Shown one piece after another: positions 40,246 to 51,120 of a DNA stretch of 64,000 nt (the first letter of the stretch is position 1; every line of letters starts with the position of its first letter). Source of the stretch: Candidatus Cloacimonadota bacterium (lineage in GTDB: Bacteria > Cloacimonadota > Cloacimonadia > JGIOTU-2); assembly GCA_049903315.1 (NCBI GenBank), contig JBNGBT010000001.1, positions 384,001-448,000 on the forward strand, written 5' to 3'. The position numbers and the translations under genes were made by a program. The notes beneath the pieces were generated by a model that saw nothing but the letters and a program-made list of their open reading frames with translations, was not told where the DNA came from and searched no databases.

Positions 40246-41155
40246 ATTTCGAAAAATCTAATTGCATTGCGACGGGAACATGATCAGAAATATAGAGATC
40301 ATATTCATTCCATCCGCCATCGAAAGAGTTCTGCAAACGCAGCGTTTGTACGTCATGAATATTATTGAACAGCTCATTCGTCACAAGTATATGATCCATG
40401 TGTGAAGATCCATCTCCCCATGACCACCAATAGTTTGAACCTTCTGCAATACCCATATCGACAAATTTGTATTCGAGATCATCTTCAATGAAATTCCAGA
40501 ATACATTCTGATACTGAGGATCACTTATTTTATCATTAAGATCACCTAGCATGATTACCCTGTCTAATGGGTAGGTGGTGTCTATGAAAACCTGCAGGCT
40601 TTCACTTGCTGCTTGTCGCCTTTTTTCTTCATCCCAATAATCATCATCAATGATCCCGTTTCCGCAGCATTTAAGATGGTTGTTGATCACTACGACAGAT
40701 ATTCCATTCCATGTACATTCAATGATAAAGGGTGCCCGTGGGAAGGCATTGGAATTATCCCCATAGATTTCATAGCTGTTTTGAATTGAAATTGATGAGG
40801 TATTATATATATAGGCGACAAGGAGATCTTCACCACCGTGTGCAATGGTTGACCGGATACCATTCCATCCGGGAAGGCTGTCTATAAGCAATTGAAAGTA
40901 TGCATCTGATTCAATCTCTTGAAGTGCAATAAGATCGACTTTCAAGGTTTCGATTATTCGGGCGACAAGGTTATTCGTAGTGTATCCTGCTTTTGGATAA
41001 TTCTGAATATTCCACGTCATGATATCTAAGGTTGCATCAGTTCCATAAGAAACACTGTCAACCGATGGTCCAGGGGTGGGATTGTAAGGATTGTTTTCTC
41101 CGCAACTTACTACAATGAGAAGGGATATGATCCCAATAAGAAAAATATTTTTCAT
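40244..41155 (-). CDS. Endonuclease/exonuclease/phosphatase (EEP) family lipoprotein
   Basis: Lipobox VVSC; TWNI, LQEI, GDLND, DHIL and SDHVPV motifs. Confidence 0.88.
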   Translation of the reverse strand: MKNIFLIGIISLLIVVSCGENNPYNPTPGPSVDSVSYGTDATLDIMTWNIQNYPKAGYTTNNLVARIIETLKVDLIALQEIESDAYFQLLIDSLPGWNGIRSTIAHGGEDLLVAYIYNTSSISIQNSYEIYGDNSNAFPRAPFIIECTWNGISVVVINNHLKCCGNGIIDDDYWDEEKRRQAASESLQVFIDTTYPLDRVIMLGDLNDKISDPQYQNVFWNFIEDDLEYKFVDMGIAEGSNYWWSWGDGSSHMDHILVTNELFNNIHDVQTLRLQNSFDGGWNEYDLYISDHVPVAMQLDFSK

Positions 41156-41163
41156 AAGATGTC

Positions 41164-43569
41164 CTAATAATATGATTTACTGTCCGATTGAAGAAATCTC
41201 AGGTCTGGTAGTTTTTTTACTTGTATTTCGAGCCGGTATGACCAATAGGTGCCGGATTTATCCCAGCTGAATTTGAGCTGCCAGCAATGAAGATCACGAT
41301 ATACATCGATGCTCTGGCTGATGAGTTCTTTTTCTTTGAAATTATAATAATTCGAGTAAGTAAGGTTCCAGTTTTTTGTAAGATTAACATGAAGCGTGTT
41401 ATGTAATCCGGAACTGTAGTAACCTGTCTGGGTATTTTTTTTATAGGAAAAGGATGAAGTTATATCCCATGGCTTGGTTTCCGGCTTATGAGAATCCTTG
41501 CAGCACTCTTCATCAGAGCTGATGCCTTTCATGTTAAAGGTCGGCTTCACAGGATAATAATTCATATAATCTAAATTTCCTTTCAGAGATAATGTAGCAG
41601 AAAGTTCGTAGTTTGTCAGATTCATTGTGTAAAAATCCTGCACACCCTTGAAATTATTTGAGAAATTTAGAGTCGTTGAACCAATAGTCATATTGAATGG
41701 CATTGTTGTGATGCTGTGGGTGAGAGTGCTGAATCCTTTCGGTTTTTTCTGGAAATCGTAACTTAAAGAAGTTTTCAATGTAAAAAGGTCATTGAGTTTC
41801 TTTTCTTTTCCTTCTTTATCTATCACTTTTGCTTGCAGTTTGTTCGTAAGTCCAAAGGAGATTTTTTCCGATCTGCCGGCTTTTGAGATGGATATCGAAG
41901 AGAAGTTATAGAATCTATCATTCGAGGAAAAATCTGGATGCATTGTATACGTTATGTCCGGTGTAATTATGTGCCGAAGTGCTTGCAACCTTCTTTTTGG
42001 GAAAGTGAATACGCCATATATATCAGTAGAAATACGTGTCGTACTGTTGTAGTCATAACCCCGAACGAACTTATTATTATTCTTATCTTTATCTTCCCAA
42101 ATTTCATTATAATTAAAGGTTTGCTGGAATTTAAAATATTTAAAGAGATCATGATTATAACTCAATGAAAGTGAATGTTTGATTCCTTCCCGATGTTCTG
42201 AAATATAGTTGCCAAGCGAATCATAAGTATCTTTATAAAGGAGTTGAGCAAGAGTAGGATCATTTGTGTTCAATTCTCCATAATGAAGCAGTGTATTATT
42301 ATATGAAAAGTAAATATTACTTAAAATTGATTTTTCAGATGCCCGTTTATTCAACATTTTTGCAAGATTCATTCTGTATAGTCGAAATGAGATGGAGGGA
42401 AGCTTCAGGGTCATGTTGTCGGTTTTTTGCGGGTAGGTATATGCCCGAAAATCACAATATCCGGATAAGCTAAAAAATGTGCCTTTTGTTGAATAATATA
42501 TTTTTGAATAATATGTCTGATCCTTATCGATGAGATTTTTCCTATAATCGAGGGTTGTGTTAAAGTTGTTCTTGTTTTTGAGGTAGGAATAATAAATATA
42601 GGAATGAAGAGACTGATCCATCCTTGTTTCCTGGTCATCACTGGTTTTGCGAATATCTGCATCGCTTACAAAATCAGCTTTCAGGCTAAGATCACTATAT
42701 GGAGATAGTATTTGCTTGTGATACGCATCGATCGACCATCGCAACCGGTAATCGTCATTGAGCTGCTCGTGATAGTAAAGAAAGCGCGAATCGATCCTCC
42801 CATCGAGAATATATCTTTTAATATAACGTGCACGATACCTGAATTCTATTCCAGTCAATTCCATAAGATCAATCGAAAAAAGCATATCAGAATAATCGCT
42901 CAGCGCGAGGAAATATGCGATATTTTTCAGGAATTTACCTTCTGCGCTGCTATAGCCCGGTTCAGGCAGAAGAAATCCAGATCTTCTTTCCTGGTTGATC
43001 GGGAAAGTTGCAAAGGGCAGCACGAGGATCGGAAAATAATTAATATACAGGACTACGGGCTTGGCAACGATTTTCTCATTGAGAAATATTCTGAATTTCG
43101 GACTGAAAATAAAGTACTGGGATTCATCCTCGCAGGTTGTGAATTTCGCATTATCAATGTCCAGGACATCCTTTCCTACTTTTCGGATCTTTGAGCCAGC
43201 ATAGTACCCGTCTTCGAATTTTGTCCTTCCATTTAGAAGCAAGCCCTCCTCGGAATCTATATTATAATAAATTGTTGAGCCAAATATCTTCTGCTCTCCG
43301 TCAAAAAGCTCTGATTCTCCGTGAGAGAGTGCGATCTTCTTATCGAGATCAATGATCATTGAATCGGAATTTATATATGAATTATGATATCTTATGAATG
43401 CTTTTTCGATGAGTTTTATCTGTTCCTTATCAATATGATAAATGATTTTTTTCGCAGAATAATCGAGGGAATCAAGAGAAACAGCAGTAGTATCTGAGTC
43501 CTCTTGTGCACGAGCAAATGCCGGGATCATGCAGAGCATAAGCACGAGGAACAGATAAAATTTTTTCAT
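41164..43569 (-). CDS. lptD: LPS-assembly protein LptD-like
   Basis: Signal peptide; OstA-like N-terminus with FTTC; RRSGFLLP; DLHCW near the C-terminus; ATG at 43569 preferred. Confidence 0.85.
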   Translation of the reverse strand: MKKFYLFLVLMLCMIPAFARAQEDSDTTAVSLDSLDYSAKKIIYHIDKEQIKLIEKAFIRYHNSYINSDSMIIDLDKKIALSHGESELFDGEQKIFGSTIYYNIDSEEGLLLNGRTKFEDGYYAGSKIRKVGKDVLDIDNAKFTTCEDESQYFIFSPKFRIFLNEKIVAKPVVLYINYFPILVLPFATFPINQERRSGFLLPEPGYSSAEGKFLKNIAYFLALSDYSDMLFSIDLMELTGIEFRYRARYIKRYILDGRIDSRFLYYHEQLNDDYRLRWSIDAYHKQILSPYSDLSLKADFVSDADIRKTSDDQETRMDQSLHSYIYYSYLKNKNNFNTTLDYRKNLIDKDQTYYSKIYYSTKGTFFSLSGYCDFRAYTYPQKTDNMTLKLPSISFRLYRMNLAKMLNKRASEKSILSNIYFSYNNTLLHYGELNTNDPTLAQLLYKDTYDSLGNYISEHREGIKHSLSLSYNHDLFKYFKFQQTFNYNEIWEDKDKNNNKFVRGYDYNSTTRISTDIYGVFTFPKRRLQALRHIITPDITYTMHPDFSSNDRFYNFSSISISKAGRSEKISFGLTNKLQAKVIDKEGKEKKLNDLFTLKTSLSYDFQKKPKGFSTLTHSITTMPFNMTIGSTTLNFSNNFKGVQDFYTMNLTNYELSATLSLKGNLDYMNYYPVKPTFNMKGISSDEECCKDSHKPETKPWDITSSFSYKKNTQTGYYSSGLHNTLHVNLTKNWNLTYSNYYNFKEKELISQSIDVYRDLHCWQLKFSWDKSGTYWSYRLEIQVKKLPDLRFLQSDSKSYY

Positions 43570-43735
43570 ATATTTCTTTCCCGATATTGTGCGATTGGTG
43601 TCAAGTATTCTCAATTTAGACAGAAATGGGCAGTCATTTGCCTATAACAGTTGACAAGAAGAACTCACCAGAGAAAATATTCAAAATTTTATAAATTCAT
43701 GCTGAGTTTCTTCAAAAACTTGAACGGAGAATTCG

Positions 43736-46700
43736 ATGAAGGGCTTGCGCCTTAATAAAAAAGTAAAAGAGAATCTCAAAGCTCTACCTATAATAAATAG
43801 AATAGATCGGATTATGGCAGATGATCTATCGCTCCTCAGGTCTATTGTTTATGAACTGAATTTGAAAAATGACATCAGTAAAAATCCCGAAAAAGTTATC
43901 AAGCCAAGTGAATTGTTTGGAATGATAGTACTCGGGAATATTTATCAGAATATATTTGATCAATATCTGAAGGAAGCTGAGTTTAGTACAATTGAAGATA
44001 AGGAAAATTTTGGAGAATGGCTGAAGAATTACTTTTTTTCTCAAAATCCTGCATTAAAAAATTATAGGGAATTCATTAAAATATACGAACTCGAGAACCC
44101 GAAATTTTCAAAAAAGAATCTCGCAGACTCCATAAAATATTATGGAATTGATAAACAATCATTATTCGATTTTATTTTGGACCCTATTACCAGATCACCA
44201 AATTCTCTTAAAGGGCAGCTTACATATATTTATGAAAACTGGGCAGCATATATGGGTGAAGAAATGATATTGCTGTTAAGAGCTTTGGATCTTTTCAAAG
44301 AAGAGGAAAAATGGGGTTTTGCAGGCCCCGGCGAGAGCAAGCTATATTCTTTCATCTCTGAATGGGATGAACCCGAAAGATTTTCACCGGATAAAGACTG
44401 GATGCCTTCTCTTGTTCTTCTCGCAAAGAATATCTTTGTGTGGCTTGATCAACTCAGTGAGAAATATAAACTGGAGATAACAAAACTCGATCAAATCCCT
44501 GATGAGGAGCTGCATCTTCTCGCACAGAGCGGTTTTACGGGATTATGGCTTATCGGTATCTGGGAACGAAGCAGGGCTTCTCAACGCATAAAGCACCTTA
44601 TAGGAAATATAGATGCATTGGCTTCAGCATATTCTATAAAACGCTACCAGATCGCTCATGCACTCGGAGGAGAAGAGTCACTTCATAATTTATCAAATAG
44701 AGCATGGAAATGCGGTATTCGACTCGGTTGTGATATGGTACCCAATCATATGGCGATTGATTCGGATTGGATTTATGAGCATCCCGACTGGTTTATACAA
44801 TGCTCTTATTCACCATTTCCTTCATACACATTTACCGGAGAAAATTTATCAGATCATCCGAATGTGGAAATTTATCTTGAAGATCATTATTATGACCATT
44901 CCGATGCTGCAGTGGTCTTCAAATATATTGATCACCGTGACGGAAAAATGCGCTATATCTATCATGGAAATGATGGCACGAGTTTTCCGTGGAATGATAC
45001 TGCCCAATTGAATTACCTGCTGCCGGCAGTACGTGAGGCTGTCATTAAGCAGATCTTATACATTGCTCGACAATTTCCAATAATCAGATTTGATGCAGCG
45101 ATGACCCTTTCAAAGAAGCATTTTCAACGGCTCTGGTTTCCGGAACCAGGCACAGGAGGAGATATTCCAAGTCGTGCAGAATATAGTATGTCAAAGCAGG
45201 AATTCAATGAGCTGATGCCTGTGGAATTCTGGAGAGAAGTTGTCGAGAGAGTTGCAGAAGAAGCACCGGACACCCTTCTTCTTGCAGAAGCATTCTGGAT
45301 GATGGAAGGATATTTTGTCCGTTCTCTGGGTATGCATCGGGTCTATAACAGTGCCTTTATGAATATGCTGAAAAGAGAGGAAAATAGTAATTACAGGCAA
45401 TCAATTAAGAATGTTCTCGAATTCGATCCTCAAATCTTGAAACGCTTCGTGAATTTCATGAGTAATCCTGATGAAGAAACTGCTGTTGCTCAGTTCGGGA
45501 TGGATGATAAATATTTCGGCGTATGCATCATAATGAGCACAATGCCTGGCCTGCCTATGTTTGCTCATGGACAAGTACAAGGATTTCATGAACGGTACGG
45601 GATGGAATTCTATAAGCCCAAATGGAAAGAGCAGGAGCAGCTTGATTTTATTGAAAGGCATAAGAGAGAGATATTTCCTTTACTGCGCAAGCGATACATG
45701 TTTTCTGATGTTGAACACTATCATCTTTTTGATTTCACCGGACAGGATGGAACTACTGATGAAAATGTATTTGCTTATTCCAATGAGTATGATCATAAAA
45801 AATCACTTATAGTTTTTCATAATAAATATGAAAATACAAAAGGGTGGATTCATTGGACATATGATGCAGAAAAAGATAGCAACGGAGTAACAATATGGGT
45901 GAGAAGAGATTTATCTGAAATTCTTGCTGTTCCTGTTGAGGAAAAAAGTTTTGTCATATTCCGAGATGTAATTCAGGATCGGGAATATATTCGAAATGCA
46001 AAAGAATTGCACGAATATGGACTTTTTCTTGAACTTGGTGCTTTCAAGTATGCAGTGTTCATGGATTTCAAAATAGTTCATGATGATGGTAATGAATCTT
46101 ACAAAAATTTGTCTTCCTATCTTCAGGGTGGGGGAGTAAAAAATCTGGAAAAGGAAAGGAAACGGAATATGCATCGAGCAATGTACGAGAGTTTTGATTC
46201 ATTAGTTTCAGAAGAAACCTTTCTCAAAATGTTTTCAGTTTCAGATGACACATTCATGTTAGATAAAATCTTGGATAAACTATCAATTTTTCTGCATTCA
46301 ATCAGCATGGAGGGTGTTACTCCTATTAAGATTAATGACTTGATAGAAATGTACAGGCAGGATGCGCTAAAAACCATTTCCCTTTTTGATGAAAAATTCA
46401 CCATCAGCCATGACCAGTTCTATGTCCTCTATATATGGCTCGTCCTGAGACGAACCGGCAGGAGTTTCATTGAAGAATACGGTTTGGAAGAGCACCTTGT
46501 TGAAAAGATCAATAGCTATACTCAATCAGATTTCGGAAATTTCTATACAAATTTGATAAAGTTTCTTATCTCGGAACAGGAAATATGGAAACATTTTGAA
46601 ACTGAAACAAGCTACTCTTTCCTCGAAAAACTTTTTAAAATTGAAGAAGTGCGTAAACTGCTCGAGTTTAACTGGTTTGATGACATGCTCTGGTTCAAGA

Positions 46701-46885
46701 AAGAATCTTTTGACGAATTTTTCATCCTTCTCGAAATTACGCAGACAGTGAGTTTAATGACAACTTCCTGCAAGGTAGAAACACAAAAAATACTCATTAA
46801 AATTCAGGATTGTTTTCATAAGATCAGGAAAGCTTATGCGTTTTCAGATTTTAAAGTAAATCAATTTTTGGAAGGATTAAAATAG
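43736..46885 (+). CDS. Large alpha-amylase family (GH13) glycoside hydrolase
   Basis: DMVPNH, WNDTAQLNY, RFDAA (nucleophile), LAEAFW (acid/base), NPDEE. Confidence 0.85.
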   Translation: MKGLRLNKKVKENLKALPIINRIDRIMADDLSLLRSIVYELNLKNDISKNPEKVIKPSELFGMIVLGNIYQNIFDQYLKEAEFSTIEDKENFGEWLKNYFFSQNPALKNYREFIKIYELENPKFSKKNLADSIKYYGIDKQSLFDFILDPITRSPNSLKGQLTYIYENWAAYMGEEMILLLRALDLFKEEEKWGFAGPGESKLYSFISEWDEPERFSPDKDWMPSLVLLAKNIFVWLDQLSEKYKLEITKLDQIPDEELHLLAQSGFTGLWLIGIWERSRASQRIKHLIGNIDALASAYSIKRYQIAHALGGEESLHNLSNRAWKCGIRLGCDMVPNHMAIDSDWIYEHPDWFIQCSYSPFPSYTFTGENLSDHPNVEIYLEDHYYDHSDAAVVFKYIDHRDGKMRYIYHGNDGTSFPWNDTAQLNYLLPAVREAVIKQILYIARQFPIIRFDAAMTLSKKHFQRLWFPEPGTGGDIPSRAEYSMSKQEFNELMPVEFWREVVERVAEEAPDTLLLAEAFWMMEGYFVRSLGMHRVYNSAFMNMLKREENSNYRQSIKNVLEFDPQILKRFVNFMSNPDEETAVAQFGMDDKYFGVCIIMSTMPGLPMFAHGQVQGFHERYGMEFYKPKWKEQEQLDFIERHKREIFPLLRKRYMFSDVEHYHLFDFTGQDGTTDENVFAYSNEYDHKKSLIVFHNKYENTKGWIHWTYDAEKDSNGVTIWVRRDLSEILAVPVEEKSFVIFRDVIQDREYIRNAKELHEYGLFLELGAFKYAVFMDFKIVHDDGNESYKNLSSYLQGGGVKNLEKERKRNMHRAMYESFDSLVSEETFLKMFSVSDDTFMLDKILDKLSIFLHSISMEGVTPIKINDLIEMYRQDALKTISLFDEKFTISHDQFYVLYIWLVLRRTGRSFIEEYGLEEHLVEKINSYTQSDFGNFYTNLIKFLISEQEIWKHFETETSYSFLEKLFKIEEVRKLLEFNWFDDMLWFKKESFDEFFILLEITQTVSLMTTSCKVETQKILIKIQDCFHKIRKAYAFSDFKVNQFLEGLK

Positions 46886-46890
46886 TCTTT

Positions 46891-48114
46891 ATGAAAAGGT
46901 TTGTGATCCTGCTTCTGATAATTGGACTTATGCTTAGCTGTACTCCCAAACGAACGACGTTTATCATTGCAGATAGTGAAGCTCTTGAAGAATTATTTAC
47001 TCAACCTCAACAAAATATAAAAGTAATTTTGGAAGCAGGTGAGTATCATCTTACCCAAGAATATTTTATCGATCAAACCTGTGGCAACTGCCAGGAACCG
47101 AATGAGCCAATTTCTGCTACGAGAGGAATTACTATTTCCGGAAAAAATATTTCTATCACCGGACCGGTCGACAGAACCGCAGTAATTCATACACATGCCG
47201 GATACGGAATATATATAAAGGATTTAGAAAAAGGAATTATAGAGAATCTTACGATTACCGGTACTCTTCGGGACACAGCACAGATGGCAACTGATGCAGC
47301 GATAGTCGTTTTAAATAGTGATATCGTGATCAGAGATAATACAATCCGGGATAACCTCGGTGATTCATTATTGATCTCGAAACATATTTCCGGTGTCATG
47401 GGAATTTGCGGACGGGAAAATTCTCGCATGCAGATTATCGGCAACGATATTCTGAGAAATTCATGGGACGGGATCGCACTGTACAGAGATTCCTACGCAG
47501 AGATCATTGGCAATAAGATAGATGGGATTGATAAATCAGTCGGACGTTTACCTGAAGGCGGGAGAGGTGTTGCCATTGGTGTAACTTGGAATGCCAAGGC
47601 AGAAATCAAATACAATTACATTGCGCGATATTGGAAGGGAATTGGTGTTTTTGTCGATGCTGATTGTGAAATTGAGAATAATATCATTGAGGATATGATC
47701 ACATGGGGGATAGCATTGTGGGATGCAGATAAAGGTGCACCAAAAGCACACATAAGTAATAATATTATTTTTGATGTAGGTGCGTGTGGAATTTCAATCA
47801 CCAAATCAAATGAAGAGACAGAATCCGGCAGCCTGATTGGGAATATTGTCGTAAAAGCCGGACAGAATGAAAGATATGATTCCCCTGATTACTATTGTTA
47901 TCAAACATCGCTTGCGATGCACCAAGTTCCCCAAAATTTTGAGATCAGGGATAATCTCTTTTTTGATAACAGGCGTGCAACAAACGATCTTCCTGATTAT
48001 GATATTCCGAAAGAGCAATTTCTTAAAAAGATAATGAAGAAAAAATCAATACTCTTTTCAAATCCCTATTTCATTCAATCCGTGTTTTATCAAACTTATT
48101 TTATAGATTTATGA
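46891..48114 (+). CDS. Right-handed beta-helix lipoprotein
   Basis: Lipobox MLSC; repeated I..N.I/GI beta-helix rungs. Confidence 0.7.
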   Translation: MKRFVILLLIIGLMLSCTPKRTTFIIADSEALEELFTQPQQNIKVILEAGEYHLTQEYFIDQTCGNCQEPNEPISATRGITISGKNISITGPVDRTAVIHTHAGYGIYIKDLEKGIIENLTITGTLRDTAQMATDAAIVVLNSDIVIRDNTIRDNLGDSLLISKHISGVMGICGRENSRMQIIGNDILRNSWDGIALYRDSYAEIIGNKIDGIDKSVGRLPEGGRGVAIGVTWNAKAEIKYNYIARYWKGIGVFVDADCEIENNIIEDMITWGIALWDADKGAPKAHISNNIIFDVGACGISITKSNEETESGSLIGNIVVKAGQNERYDSPDYYCYQTSLAMHQVPQNFEIRDNLFFDNRRATNDLPDYDIPKEQFLKKIMKKKSILFSNPYFIQSVFYQTYFIDL

Positions 48115-48725
48115 GTTCAAGGCATCATAGAAGAAAAGCTTTTTTTGAACAGCATGCTCGTACATGGGATGTCATTTGCACTCATGATGACGAAAAACTT
48201 GGAGAGATTTTTGATATTTTGCCTTTAAAAATAGGGGATCGTGTCCTGGATGTGGGAACCGGAACGGGAATTGCTATTCCCTACATATTAAAAAAGGTCA
48301 GCACTTTTGGGAGTATTTACGCAATCGATTATGCAGAAAATATGATCAAGAAAGCAGAGGAAAAATTTCCTCGAAAAGAATATCCCAATGTGAATTTTAT
48401 CATCAGGGATTTTTTTGATATTGATGCAGGAAAGCTTTTTGACTCAATTATATGTTATTCCTGTTTTCCACATTTTGATGATAAAGAAAAATTTATTCAG
48501 AAATGCTTTGACGTATTAGATAGGAATGGTACATTACTGATTGCACATTCGAGTTCTCGCATCAGGATCAATGAAATGCATGCTCGAAAACATAAGGCAG
48601 TACAGGATGATTTTTTGCCTTCTGCTCGAGAGATCGGAATGATAGCGAAAAGAAATGGATTTGTTGTAGTGGCTGAAAGAGATGATGAGAAATCGTTTTA
48701 TATCCTCATAAAAAAAAAGAAATGA
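48111..48725 (+). CDS. Class I SAM-dependent methyltransferase
   Basis: VLDVGTGTG motif I, FDSIIC, FPHF. Confidence 0.88.
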   Translation: MSSRHHRRKAFFEQHARTWDVICTHDDEKLGEIFDILPLKIGDRVLDVGTGTGIAIPYILKKVSTFGSIYAIDYAENMIKKAEEKFPRKEYPNVNFIIRDFFDIDAGKLFDSIICYSCFPHFDDKEKFIQKCFDVLDRNGTLLIAHSSSRIRINEMHARKHKAVQDDFLPSAREIGMIAKRNGFVVVAERDDEKSFYILIKKKK

Positions 48726-48804
48726 ATAAATATATTAAACTTATTATTGACAAAATATACGCATCGTTAAGATATGAAAAACGCAAATTTGAAAGGAGTT
48801 TTTA

Positions 48805-49818
48805 ATGAAAAAGTTTGGCATTATTCTATTGTGTACACTTGCCATTTCGCTTATTTTTTCTACCTCCCTTTTTGCGATGAGGTTTGAGCTGGAAGAATTC
48901 AGGAAATTACCGGCTGATTTCAAAGCAGAAATGGAACCAATCACTGATATGGACATGAATTATTGCTCTGTTCTTAAGGTTGAAGTAGACAAACCACTCG
49001 AACTTTCCCTTAAGCAGAAAGTCTATAAAAAAGAGAATATTGACGAAGATGAGTTTTACTTTTACGTATCTTCAAGAGAAGACAATATCACTTTTCAGGC
49101 ACCCCGTTATGTTCCCTTAACAGTCGATCTCCCGAAGGGTGGATTGAAGATAGGAACGACCTATTATGTGCGTCTTGCAACATTTGAGGATGTTGATGTG
49201 ACGATAAACGTCGAGCCGAAAGATGCCCGGATCATTGTAAACGGTCTCACTTGGGAGCAACCGAAAGGCAACCTGCTTCCCGGAGAATATGTGATCTTTC
49301 TTATGGCAGATGGTTTTGTAGAGATATTGGACACAGTTCAAGTTTCTCCCAAAAATACTGTTTTCAATTATATCATGGTTGAAGAAAAGACCATACCGGC
49401 ATTGCAGGAAAACACACAAGAAGTGCAAGTTCCAAAAGGGGATGATCCCTTTATGATCGAGTTCAACAATTACAGATTTCGTGTAACCGGATGCGAGTAT
49501 ACCCAACAAACACTCTCAATAATGTTAACGATACGGAATCTGGCACCAGAACGCGAACTCACACTTATCAAAAATAACACCAAAGCGTATGATGCAGAAG
49601 GTAATGAGTATACGCCCTCAACTCTGGAATTTGCAAACAAAACAAAAACCTGGAATCTTACTCATAATCTTGTGCAGGATGTACCCACAAAAGCGAAATT
49701 GATCTTTAAGGATGTGAAGAAACCAGTCAGTGTGATTACGCTTCTCAATCTTGGCTTATGGGATTCAGTGAACCGTGACTTCAAGGTATCTTTCAAAAGT
49801 ATCCCGGTCACCAAATAA
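48805..49818 (+). CDS. Hypothetical secreted protein (PEGA-like and Ig-like domains)
   Basis: Signal peptide; INVEPKDARIIVNG...LLPGEY PEGA-like segment. Confidence 0.55.
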   Translation: MKKFGIILLCTLAISLIFSTSLFAMRFELEEFRKLPADFKAEMEPITDMDMNYCSVLKVEVDKPLELSLKQKVYKKENIDEDEFYFYVSSREDNITFQAPRYVPLTVDLPKGGLKIGTTYYVRLATFEDVDVTINVEPKDARIIVNGLTWEQPKGNLLPGEYVIFLMADGFVEILDTVQVSPKNTVFNYIMVEEKTIPALQENTQEVQVPKGDDPFMIEFNNYRFRVTGCEYTQQTLSIMLTIRNLAPERELTLIKNNTKAYDAEGNEYTPSTLEFANKTKTWNLTHNLVQDVPTKAKLIFKDVKKPVSVITLLNLGLWDSVNRDFKVSFKSIPVTK

Positions 49819-49842
49819 AATAAAGAACTATTTTCAATTGAG

Positions 49843-49870
49843 AAAGAGGAAGCTTTGACTTCCTCTTTTT
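49843..49870 (+). terminator. Intrinsic terminator
   Basis: AAAGAGGAAG/CTTCCTCTTT stem plus T-tract. Confidence 0.75.
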
Positions 49871-49878
49871 AAACCTAA

Positions 49879-51111
49879 ATGGATTTTCGTAGATTTTTTT
49901 TAAAGAAATTCTTCAGCATAAAGGGTAAAAGGGATTTTTTTTCCTTCAGCTCTCTTGTATCAATTGCTGGTATCACAATCGGGGTGATTGCATTAACAGT
50001 CTCTCTGGCTCTCTTTAGCGGCTACTATGATACCATGAAAGAAATCATATTGGGAGTGAATTCTCATATTTACATTCTTAAATTTGGCAACGACACTATT
50101 GATGAGCACGGATATCAAGGTATTGCTTCAATGCTGGATTCTCTTGAAGCAGTTCAGGCATACGCACCTTTCCTATACACTGAAGGAATGGCATTGAGAG
50201 AAGCTGATATCGCAGGAGTTATTGTCAGGGGAATTGACTTTGAAAAGGAGATGGAAACTACCGATCTTGGTCGGTTTATTGACAAGGGCACCTATAAAAG
50301 AGAAGGTGATTTTACAGTAATTGGGAAAAATATCGCTAAACGGCTTCACGCAACAGTAGGAGACACCATCAAACTTATCACTCCTATGAATGCGGATATC
50401 ACTTTTGCAGGGATGATACCCTCCTCGATTGAAGTGGAAATCGCAGGTATTTTTTCTTCGGGAATGTTTGAATTTGACAATTCACTTGTGCTTCTGCCCA
50501 TGAATACTGCCCAGGAATTCCTTTCCGTTTCGGATCAATATTCCGGAATTTCCATGAAACTGCACAAGGAATATGTTGAGGAAGCAGATGTGATCGCATC
50601 GCATATTCAGCAAAAGCTTTCCTATCCTTATAATGTAAGCAACTGGATAGGTCTTAATAAAAATTTGTTCAGCCTGCTGAAACTCGAGAAGTGGGTGATC
50701 TTTATCATCATTGCTCTCATTGTATTGGTTGCCGGTTTCGGATTGACAAGTGTGCTTTCCATGCATATCCTTGATAAAAGAAAAGAGATCGGCATTCTCA
50801 AAGCCCTTGGTACTACGAACAGGGATCTGAAAAAAATTTTTTTCTCAAGAAATATGATAATCGGATTCACAGGCATTGTGATTGGTTTGATCATAGGATT
50901 GCTCATTTCCTTGCTGCTGACCCATACTGATATTATTACAATTGAAAGCGATGTCTATCTGATCGAGCATCTCGTCGTAGAAAATCAACCTATAGATTTT
51001 GTGTGTATCATTCTTGTTGCCGGAATAATAATTGCCCTGTCTTCCTACTTTCCTTTGAGGAAGATTTCGCAGCTTCAGGCAGTATCAATTATTCGAATCT
51101 CAAAAAAATAG
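49879..51111 (+). CDS. lolC: Lipoprotein-releasing ABC transporter permease LolC/E
   Basis: SIAGITIGVIAL, MacB-type periplasmic domain, LKLEK, KEIGILKALG; next to lolD. Confidence 0.85.
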   Translation: MDFRRFFLKKFFSIKGKRDFFSFSSLVSIAGITIGVIALTVSLALFSGYYDTMKEIILGVNSHIYILKFGNDTIDEHGYQGIASMLDSLEAVQAYAPFLYTEGMALREADIAGVIVRGIDFEKEMETTDLGRFIDKGTYKREGDFTVIGKNIAKRLHATVGDTIKLITPMNADITFAGMIPSSIEVEIAGIFSSGMFEFDNSLVLLPMNTAQEFLSVSDQYSGISMKLHKEYVEEADVIASHIQQKLSYPYNVSNWIGLNKNLFSLLKLEKWVIFIIIALIVLVAGFGLTSVLSMHILDKRKEIGILKALGTTNRDLKKIFFSRNMIIGFTGIVIGLIIGLLISLLLTHTDIITIESDVYLIEHLVVENQPIDFVCIILVAGIIIALSSYFPLRKISQLQAVSIIRISKK

Positions 51112-51120
51112 AGAGGTCCT

